Source: an uncultured Clostridia bacterium (lineage in GTDB: Bacteria > Bacillota > Clostridia > Oscillospirales > JAAYOS01). From it: DNA of 32,000 bases. Position numbers and translations under genes: made by a program. The notes below the pieces were generated by a model. That model worked only from the letters and a program-made list of their open reading frames with translations, was not told where the DNA came from and searched no databases. The stretch is taken from positions 4,364 to 36,363 of the forward strand of contig CANRIN010000013.1 of the NCBI GenBank assembly GCA_947630675.1. The letters are read 5' to 3'. This document shows, in pieces, positions 25,963-32,000 of the stretch (position 1 is its first letter; each line of letters opens with the position of its first letter).

Positions 25963-25963
25963 C

Positions 25964-26149
25964 TCACTTCACCTCGTATCCGGCGGCGGTTATCGCGGCG
26001 CGGACGGCGCTGTCGCTGCCGCCCTCGTAGACGACCTCGCCGCGCTCGTGGCTCGCCTTCACCATAGTGACGCCCTCGACGGCACGGACGGCCTTCTCGA
26101 CGCGCATCTCGCAGTGCGGGCAATGCATCCCGTTTACCTTGACAGTCAT
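25964..26149 (-). CDS. Heavy-metal-associated (HMA) domain protein, CopZ-like
   Basis: 61 aa with the GMHCPHC metal-binding motif near the N-terminus and a ferredoxin-like length. SD AAAGGAGGA precedes the ATG. Its stop lies 1 nt before the esterase ATG. Confidence 0.85.
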   Translation of the reverse strand: MTVKVNGMHCPHCEMRVEKAVRAVEGVTMVKASHERGEVVYEGGSDSAVRAAITAAGYEVK

Positions 26150-26193
26150 GTCATGAATCCTCCTTTATGATACCTGATTTGGAACCTGAATCT

Positions 26194-26222
26194 ATTATAC
26201 ATCTTTTCCCCGCACGATACAA
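26194..26222 (-). promoter_or_regulatory. Promoter for the HMA-esterase transcript (TTGTAT-17-TATAAT)
   Basis: Minus strand reads ttgtat cgtgcggggaaaagatg tataat. Confidence 0.45.
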
Positions 26223-26232
26223 GTGGGGTCGC

Positions 26233-27606
26233 CTACGCCGCCGCGTTCTCGCGCGTGAGCGGCTTTATCCATTTGAAGCGGTTCGTCTTTATCACCGCGA
26301 CGGCGCACTTGTATATCTGGTCGCCCTTCAGCAGCGCGAACACGACCGCCGGGTGCGCGTGGAACACGAACGCTGCTATGCAGGCTGAGGGTATCACCAC
26401 GCACCAGACCCAGAACGTGTCGTTTAGGAATACGAAGTGAGTCGCGCCGCCCGCGCGGACTATCCCGGTGAGCGTACACGCCTGATAGCTCGAGCCGAAG
26501 CCGGTCACCGTGAGGACGAGGAGGAACAGCTTCACCATCTCGATGCTCTCCGCGTCCAGTCCGCTCCATATAAGACCCACGACCTGCCGCGAAGCGAAGA
26601 TAAGCGCGCTCGACACCGCGCCCATACACAGGAAGATTATCTGAAGCGTTTTCGCATAGAGTTTCACGCGCTCGACGTCCCCCTCGCCGACGGTCTTGCC
26701 TATGACTATCGCCGCCGCCGCGCTCACGCCGAACACCAGCACCGTAAGTATCGAGAACACGGTGTTTGCGACGCTTATCGCGCTAATCGCCGCCTCGCTC
26801 CCGAGGTGGCCGATTATCGCGCCCTGGACGTTCATGTTGAGGCCCCATATCACCCCTCCGGCTATCACCGGCAGTCCGTAGCGCGCGTAGTCGCGCAGCA
26901 GTACGCCCGGACGCTTGAGAAGGTCGCGGAGCCTCATCCGCAGCTTCTTATCTATGAATCGGACATACACCGAGATTATCGCAAACTCGCATATCCGCGC
27001 CGTGAGCGTGGCTATCGCCGCGCCGCGCACGCCCATCGGCTCGAAGCCGAGGTGCCCGAAAATCAGCACCCAGTTGAGCCCGACGTTTATCACAAAGGTG
27101 GATATGCTGAGTATAAGACCTATCCGGACGCTCTCGACGCAGCGCATGCTCGCGACGAGCATCTCGGTGGCGCAGAAGAAGAGGAATCCGACGCTTATCA
27201 CCGGCAGGTACCTCATACCCTCGGCTATGACCGCCTCCTCCGGCGTGTAGAGCCGCAGCGTCGTCTCGGTAAAGAAGAATCCCATCACAAACGCCGCAAG
27301 TCCCAGCACCATCGCTATCTTCAGACCTATGCCGACGATACGCTTTATCGGCTCGACGTCGCGCTTGCCCCAGTACTGCGTGGAGAGTATCGCCGTCGCC
27401 GTCGCGACATCCGCGACTATGGTCTGGAGGAGGTTCGTGCGCTGGTTTGCCATGTACACGCCGCCGAGCGACGCATCCCCGAGGCTCCCGACCATCACGT
27501 TGTCCGCAAGACCCACGGACAGCGTTATGAGGTTTTTCAGCGCTATCGGCACCGCCAGCGCCGCAAGCGTCTTATAAAACGATTTGTCCCGAACAAGCAC
27601 CGCCAT
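26233..27606 (-). CDS. MATE-family efflux transporter
   Basis: 457 aa. The N-terminus LAALAVPIALKNLITLSVGLADNVMVGSLG is typical of MATE proteins, and there are 12 TM-like segments. SD GGAGGGA precedes the ATG at 27606. Confidence 0.9.
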   Translation of the reverse strand: MAVLVRDKSFYKTLAALAVPIALKNLITLSVGLADNVMVGSLGDASLGGVYMANQRTNLLQTIVADVATATAILSTQYWGKRDVEPIKRIVGIGLKIAMVLGLAAFVMGFFFTETTLRLYTPEEAVIAEGMRYLPVISVGFLFFCATEMLVASMRCVESVRIGLILSISTFVINVGLNWVLIFGHLGFEPMGVRGAAIATLTARICEFAIISVYVRFIDKKLRMRLRDLLKRPGVLLRDYARYGLPVIAGGVIWGLNMNVQGAIIGHLGSEAAISAISVANTVFSILTVLVFGVSAAAAIVIGKTVGEGDVERVKLYAKTLQIIFLCMGAVSSALIFASRQVVGLIWSGLDAESIEMVKLFLLVLTVTGFGSSYQACTLTGIVRAGGATHFVFLNDTFWVWCVVIPSACIAAFVFHAHPAVVFALLKGDQIYKCAVAVIKTNRFKWIKPLTRENAAA

Positions 27607-27641
27607 TCCTATCCCTCCGATATGCTTTCGTAAACGTATAC

Positions 27642-27670
27642 ATTTTACCCCGCACCGCAGCGGTTGTCAA
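27642..27670 (-). promoter_or_regulatory. Promoter for the second MATE gene (TTGACA-17-TAAAAT)
   Basis: Minus strand reads ttgaca accgctgcggtgcgggg taaaat. Confidence 0.55.
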
Positions 27671-27713
27671 GATACCGCCCGCCGTCTTCCAAGCTGCGCC
27701 AGTCCGCCGTATA

Positions 27714-27742
27714 TTGACAATTTTTGCACCGTATGCTAAAAT
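27714..27742 (+). promoter_or_regulatory. Promoter for the MscS gene (TTGACA-17-TAAAAT with TGn)
   Basis: Plus strand reads ttgaca atttttgcaccgtatgc taaaat. The track ORF's TTG start is actually this -35 hexamer. Confidence 0.6.
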
Positions 27743-27779
27743 AAATTTCCAAAATATCTGCGGAAAGGGCGTTCTTTGT

Positions 27780-28607
27780 ATGGATGATCACGAACTTTGG
27801 CCGATGATACAGACCTGGCTCACAACGACCGGGATAAACATACTTATCGCGCTCGCGATACTTGGCGTGGGGATACTCCTCGCATACGCGGCGTCGCGGC
27901 TCATCACGCGGCTGCTCTCGAAGAGCCATCTCGACGAGTCGTTTGTCGCGTTTATAGCTACGGCGCTGCGGATAGGCATAAGCGTCCTCGCGGCGATAAC
28001 GGCGCTCGCCCAGCTCGGCATACCTACGACGAGCATCATCACCGCGTTCGCAAGCTGCGCCGTGGCGATAGGGCTTGCGATGCAGTCGAGCCTCTCGAAC
28101 ATCGCGGGCGGGATGTTCCTGCTGATAACCCGCCCGATACTCACCGGCGACTTTGTGGAGGTGGACGGGCGAACCGGCACAGTGAAAAAGATAGACATCG
28201 TCTCGACCGTCTTTCTCACCCCGGACAACAGCCAGATAATCATTCCGAACGGCCAGCTCATAAACAAGACGATAATAAACTACTCCCGCGAGAACATCCG
28301 CCGCCTGGACCTCACCTTCTCGGTGGCGTACACCGCCGACATCGCAGAGGCGAAGAAGGTGCTCACGTCGGTGCTCGAGCGCGACCCTCGGGTGTTGCAG
28401 GACCCCGCGCCGACGGTCGCCGTAAACGAGCAGGGCTCGAGCGCGATGATTTTCGCCGTCCGGCCGTGGTGCAAGTCTGCGGATTACCTGAACCTACGCT
28501 TCGACCTCATGGAGCAGGTCAAGCTCGAACTCGACAAGGCCGGCATCGAGATACCCTACAACAAGCTCGACGTCTACGTCACGCACGAGGACGGGAACAA
28601 CGACTGA
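27780..28607 (+). CDS. Small-conductance mechanosensitive channel (MscS family)
   Basis: Three N-terminal TM segments are followed by GDFVEVDGRTGTVKKIDIVSTVFLTPDNSQIIIPNGQLINKTIINYS (the MscS beta domain). The ATG at 27780 is chosen downstream of the promoter. Confidence 0.9.
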   Translation: MDDHELWPMIQTWLTTTGINILIALAILGVGILLAYAASRLITRLLSKSHLDESFVAFIATALRIGISVLAAITALAQLGIPTTSIITAFASCAVAIGLAMQSSLSNIAGGMFLLITRPILTGDFVEVDGRTGTVKKIDIVSTVFLTPDNSQIIIPNGQLINKTIINYSRENIRRLDLTFSVAYTADIAEAKKVLTSVLERDPRVLQDPAPTVAVNEQGSSAMIFAVRPWCKSADYLNLRFDLMEQVKLELDKAGIEIPYNKLDVYVTHEDGNND

Positions 28608-28672
28608 CGCCCCGTTTTCTCCGCAGGGAAGCAAGAAAGAGACGTGTCGCCGGCAAGGCCGCAACAGTCAAT

Positions 28673-28707
28673 AAAAAGAGCCGTATCTTGCGATACGGCT
28701 CTTTTTT
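28673..28707 (+). terminator. Intrinsic terminator after the MscS gene
   Basis: aaaaagagccgtatc-ttgc-gatacggctctttttt. Confidence 0.85.
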
Positions 28708-28709
28708 CA

Positions 28710-29362
28710 ATGCCTCGCAGAGAATGCGCCCTCGAACTTATACCGCACCCGACCTTCTACCGGGCGCATCAGACCTCGGCGCTTCGCGCCGACGTCCCGA
28801 CCTTGTACTGCGCGGAGCGCCGTTTGGGGCCCCTTTGATGGACATGCTCGCTCGGAATGGGGCTTCGCGAAGTTGGCGGCAAAGCTGCCCACTTCAACTG
28901 CGCCGACGTCCTGACAACGCCTCGCAGAGTTTCGCGCCTTTGGCGCGAAATAAAGTCAAATCTGTTTTTTGCCGCGGCGTGTACAATGCGCCCTCGAACC
29001 TATACCGCATCCAGCCTTCGACCGGGCGCGTCAGACCTCGGCGCTCCGCGCCGACGTCCCGACCTTGTACTGCGCGGAGCGCCGTTTGGGGTCCCTTTGA
29101 TGGACATGCTCGCTCGGAATGGGGCTTCGCGAAGTGGGCGGCAAAGCCGCCCACTTCAACTGCGCCGACGTCCTGACAACGCCTCGCAGAGTTTCGCGCC
29201 TTTGACGCGAAATAAATTCAAATTATTTTCGGCGGCGGCGTGTACGTCGCCGAAAATACCTCTCGCGGAGCGCGCTTCGAAGCGCCGCAGGCGCGAGGAG
29301 CAGAGCGCAGCGCCTGCCGCCGGCAGAGCTCTGCTCTGTCCGGCGGCTTCGCGGCGAATTGG
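28710..29362. repeat. Repeat array: 262-bp unit duplicated in tandem (28723-28984 and 28985-29246), followed by an inverted composite module block
   Basis: The two units align base for base with about a dozen substitutions in their shared core: aatgcgccctcgaac..gggcgc(a/g)tcagacctcggcgc..cgccgtttgggg..gatggacatgctcgctcggaatggggcttcgcgaagt.ggcggcaaagc.gcccacttc..cctcgcagagtttcgcgcc..gcgtgtac. The last 25 nt or so are more diverged. The 29180-29362 block is the reverse complement of modules at 23640-23880. Confidence 0.9.
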
Positions 29363-29403
29363 TAAGGGGGCAGACAAAGTCTGCCCCCGCGATTCGCCAC
29401 GAA

Positions 29404-30243
29404 CTATTTTATGTGCGTGTGGTTGTTTATGTGCTCCGAGCAGTAGCAGGCGTAGCCCTTGCACTGCGAGCAGTAGCGGAACTCCTCCTCGGGGTTCGAG
29501 ACGTCGGTCTTGCCGCAGACTATACAGCGGTGGGTGTAGCCGCGCTTCTTTATCTCCTTCGTCTTCTTCTTGAAGTCTATCCTGTTCGAATGCTCGAAGT
29601 TCTTTCTCCGCAGCGTCCGGAACGCCTTGCCCGCGAAGAATATCGCGACGTTCAGTATCGCCACGAGCGGGAACATATTCGCGGGGAACGGGTTCAGTAT
29701 GACGCCCACCAGAATGTACGCAAGGTCGACGATCGCGAGCCACTTCATCTTTATCGGGATAAGGAAGTAGAGGCGGACCATGCCGTCCGGGTTCAGGACG
29801 GCATACGCGAGAAAGAGCGACATGTTGAGGTAGTGAGCGCCGGTGAGAGTGTAGTCAGCAACCTTGTCGCCGTACCATATACTCATGACGCCCGCGAACG
29901 CCGCCTGAAGCAGCACGCCGGTGAAGTAAAATATCGTGAACTTGAGGCGTCCCCACTCGTTCTCGAGCGCCCTGCCTACGAAGAAGTAGAAGAGCGAGGA
30001 TATAGCGAGCGAGAAGATATCCCCCACGTTGGGGATGAGCACGAACGTGATGACGCGCCACACCTGCCCGTGCGCTATCTCGGACGGTATGAACGTCAGC
30101 CACCGGTAGACGAACACCGCCCCGTACACCGTGCTGTTCAGCAGGAACAGCACAACGTTTGCGGCGATGACGAACAGCATCAGATTCGGCACGCCCCATC
30201 TCTCGTGGCGCGCGCAGAAGCGTTCAAAACGGTTGTATTTCAT
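29404..30243 (-). CDS. Polytopic membrane protein with a rhomboid-like WR motif and a C-terminal cysteine-rich zinc-ribbon tail
   Basis: The ATG at 30243 follows GGAGGAA. About 6 TM segments. GQVWRVITFVLIP resembles the rhomboid L1/TM2 motif, but no GxSG is present. The C-terminus is HRCIVCGK...YCSQCKGYACYCSEHINNH. Confidence 0.6.
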   Translation of the reverse strand: MKYNRFERFCARHERWGVPNLMLFVIAANVVLFLLNSTVYGAVFVYRWLTFIPSEIAHGQVWRVITFVLIPNVGDIFSLAISSLFYFFVGRALENEWGRLKFTIFYFTGVLLQAAFAGVMSIWYGDKVADYTLTGAHYLNMSLFLAYAVLNPDGMVRLYFLIPIKMKWLAIVDLAYILVGVILNPFPANMFPLVAILNVAIFFAGKAFRTLRRKNFEHSNRIDFKKKTKEIKKRGYTHRCIVCGKTDVSNPEEEFRYCSQCKGYACYCSEHINNHTHIK

Positions 30244-30289
30244 GGTTTCCTCCGTAGGTGCAGGCATTGGTTTTAATTGCGGCAAATGA

Positions 30290-30660
30290 CTGACGGGCTA
30301 ATAACGGAAAACTTCGTAGAATTTCGCGCCGCAGGCGCATTCCGCATTCTAGCTAGCTCAATGTCGGGCAATATTCGCAAAGCGAATATTGCTAGCGAGG
30401 CTGTAAAATGTCGGATGAGGACTTAGTTCGCGCCCTCGCGGTTCGCAGCGGTTGAAGTTGCCGCAGGCAACTTCGCGCAGGCGAGTTACATTCGAAGTAG
30501 GGCTTTGCCCGCAAAGCGGGCAAAGCTCACGAGGGCTGAATATGTTTCGGCGCGGAACATCTCGGCGCCCTCGTGCTTGCCCCGAGCATTTCAATCGGAA
30601 GGGCTCCCGCGCGGTCGCCGACCGCGCGGGAATTGCACAGCGAAGCGAGCACATTTCACG
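30290..30660. repeat. Another mosaic of the modular hairpin repeat family
   Basis: Contains ttgcccgcaaagcgggcaaagctcacgagggctgaatatgtt...ccctcgtgcttgccccgagcatttcaatcggaagggctccc, which matches 7545-7650. It also has local palindromes (caatattcgcaaagcgaatattg, gaagttgccgcaggcaacttc, cccgcgcggtcgccgaccgcgcggg). Confidence 0.85.
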
Positions 30661-30669
30661 CCGACTATT

Positions 30670-30698
30670 ATTATACCCCTAAAATGCCAATTTGTCCA
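30670..30698 (-). promoter_or_regulatory. Possible promoter (TGGACA-17-TATAAT) that would give the rhomboid-like gene a leader of about 420 nt made of repeat modules
   Basis: Minus strand reads tggaca aattggcattttagggg tataat. It is the only good sigma-A match between the esterase terminator and the ATG at 30243. Confidence 0.35.
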
Positions 30699-30726
30699 CA
30701 TTGAGGAATAATTTACCCGAAGCGCG

Positions 30727-30757
30727 CAAAAAGCGGCACGGAGACCCGTGCCGCTTT
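30727..30757 (-). terminator. Intrinsic terminator after the esterase gene
   Basis: Minus strand reads aaagcggcacgg-gtct-ccgtgccgctttttg. Confidence 0.8.
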
Positions 30758-30780
30758 CCGTCGATACATAGGTTTTCTTC

Positions 30781-31563
30781 TCAGACTTTGCGCTTCTTGC
30801 CCGCGTAGAAGTCGGTGCGGGGCAGCCACTCGAGTATCCGCTCGAGCTCGAGGTCCCAGAAGCGCCACTCGTGGCCGTGCTCCTCGGTCTCGTCCCAGGT
30901 CACGTCCGCGCCGAGGCTGCGGAGCCTGTCGCGGAAGGCAACGTTCGCGTCATAGAGGAAGTCCTGCTTGCCGCAGGCTATGTAGAACTTCGGGAACTTC
31001 CCGCCGTTCTTCGCTATGCGCTCCGCGAGCGTTGCGGGGTCGTAGTCAAGCGAAACGTCCGAGTCGCCGTCGCGGCGCATGGATACGGCGGCGGAGAGCG
31101 GGCAGACGGCGGCAAAGCGCTCGGGCTGGCTGAGGCCGTGGACGAGGGTGCCGTAGCCGCCCATGGACAGTCCCGCTATGTAGGTATCCTCGGGGCGCTT
31201 TGATATCGGGAACATCCCGCCGACGAAGTCCGGCAGCTCCTTTGCGAGGAAGTCATAGTGCCTGTCGCCGCCGTTCGGCTGGTTGATGTACGCCTTGTTT
31301 TCGGCGGAGAGCATAACTATCGCTATCTGGTGCTCCTCCGCGAACAGCTCGACACGGGCATATCCCGCCCAGGTCGCATGGTTGTTGCCGAAGCCGTGCA
31401 GGAGGTAGAGCACGGGGTACGGATGCTCGGGCGTGTGCGAGAGCTTCGTGCCCTGCTGCGCCGCCATCATGCTGTCCGGAATGGTGGGCGTCGGGACGAC
31501 GACAGTGATGTCGACCGCGCGGGAGAGTGTGTACGAGATAAAGTTACAGGTGAAACGTGCCAT
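30781..31563 (-). CDS. Esterase (putative esterase / tributyrin esterase-like alpha/beta hydrolase)
   Basis: Starts MARFTCNFISYTLSRAVDITVVVP. It has PVLYLLHGFGNNH, the nucleophile elbow AGLSMGGYG and a C-terminal HGHEW. The ATG at 31563 follows GGAAAG. The track ORF's 141-aa N-terminal extension overlaps the divergent HAD gene and its SD. Confidence 0.85.
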   Translation of the reverse strand: MARFTCNFISYTLSRAVDITVVVPTPTIPDSMMAAQQGTKLSHTPEHPYPVLYLLHGFGNNHATWAGYARVELFAEEHQIAIVMLSAENKAYINQPNGGDRHYDFLAKELPDFVGGMFPISKRPEDTYIAGLSMGGYGTLVHGLSQPERFAAVCPLSAAVSMRRDGDSDVSLDYDPATLAERIAKNGGKFPKFYIACGKQDFLYDANVAFRDRLRSLGADVTWDETEEHGHEWRFWDLELERILEWLPRTDFYAGKKRKV

Positions 31564-31764
31564 ATCTTCTTTCCATCCTTTCCGAGGGATCTTCCCTGCT
31601 GAAAATATCATACACCTAAACGCCCGCGCCGTCAATCGCTTTTGTGCGTAGCGCGGATTGCTTTTTGTGCTGCGGCGGGCTATAATACAGCTGACAGGAC
31701 CCGCACAGAGTCCGCCGTCATGACCTGCCGGAGCGCTTCCTGCGCCCGGCGAAAGGAGCTTTGA

Positions 31765-32000
31765 ATGTACGAAACTCTTCTCTTTGACTTTGACGGTACG
31801 ATAGGAAATTCGCTTCTCTCTGTGGGAAACGCGATCCTGGAGACGCTCAAGAGATACGGCTTCGAGGGGCTCACCCTTGAGGATATGCGGAAGTGCATAG
31901 GCCCTCCGCTTGAATACTCGTTTTCGCACTTCTTCGGCCTCGACGAGAAGGAGTGCGAGAACGCTATAGCCATCTACCGCGAGTATCACGCGCGCTTCGC
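31765..32000 (+). CDS. HAD-superfamily hydrolase (phosphoglycolate phosphatase-like), 5' part only; runs off the window
   Basis: The ATG at 31765 follows AAAGGAG. Translation is MYETLLFDFDGTIGNSLLSVGNAILETLKRYGFEGLTLEDMRKCIGPPLE, with HAD motif I DxDGT. No stop occurs before the window end. Confidence 0.8.
   Translation, partial: MYETLLFDFDGTIGNSLLSVGNAILETLKRYGFEGLTLEDMRKCIGPPLEYSFSHFFGLDEKECENAIAIYREYHARF

Noticed and set aside
26171-26190. Direct repeat ACCTGA-N6-ACCTGA between the promoter and the HMA gene, as a metal-regulator operator
   Set aside because: It does not match the CopY (TACAnnTGTA) or CsoR-type inverted repeats I know. Two 6-mers can easily occur by chance.
28707-29154. 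Two paralogous small minus-strand ORFs (61 aa and 86 aa, MG.FAA.FAKPHSERACPSKGPQTALRAVQGRDVGA...) inside the tandem repeat
   Set aside because: They exist only because the DNA unit is duplicated. Most substitutions between the copies are non-synonymous. There is no SD, and they lie in hairpin-rich repeat DNA.
31564-31989. 141-aa N-terminal extension of the esterase ORF (track ORF 30781..31989)
   Set aside because: The extension overlaps the divergent HAD gene and its SD and has no esterase similarity. A good ATG at 31563 with GGAAAG upstream gives a normal-length protein beginning MARFTCNF.

Overview
High-GC chromosomal segment. Single 60-nt line counts give about 62% G+C in ordinary genes. 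It looks like an endospore-forming Firmicutes/Clostridia genome: a yaaL-bofA pair, a Cheo-type LexA box, strong GGAGG ribosome-binding sites and CCA-encoded tRNAs. The taxon call is inference only.

Content is mostly housekeeping and mostly on the minus strand:
- a lipoprotein, a hypothetical protein and a SAM methyltransferase
- a CPA-type cation/H+ antiporter behind what I read as a fluoride (crcB-motif) riboswitch
- five tRNAs (Lys, Gln, His, Arg, Gly)
- pyrB carrying a fused PyrI-like zinc domain, a lysA-like decarboxylase and guaB
- an SOS-boxed, overlapping uvrB-uvrA pair
- a DUF4190-like membrane protein, lgt and pepD
- a MATE-MarR operon and yaaL-bofA
- a GNAT, and a type-B carboxylesterase preceded by a CopZ-like HMA protein
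- a second MATE, an MscS channel and a rhomboid-like membrane protein with a zinc ribbon
- an esterase and a partial HAD hydrolase

I see no integrase, transposase, CRISPR array, toxin-antitoxin pair or recognisable defence gene.

Four things ordinary annotation does not explain:
1. A roughly 1.2-kb AT-rich islet with one orphan ORF behind a near-consensus promoter. It sits next to tRNA-Lys, whose 3' half is duplicated in inverted orientation around its terminator.
2. A family of modular GC-rich hairpin repeats that fills nearly every long intergenic gap, roughly 2 kb in total. It includes a 262-bp tandem duplication and shows compensatory stem changes between copies.
3. A roughly 300-nt structured GC-rich spacer that I could not assign to any RNA family.
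4. Several unusual domain fusions and gene pairings.

I cannot support a claim of a multi-gene novel system from sequence reading alone. The orphan islet and the repeat family are the best leads.
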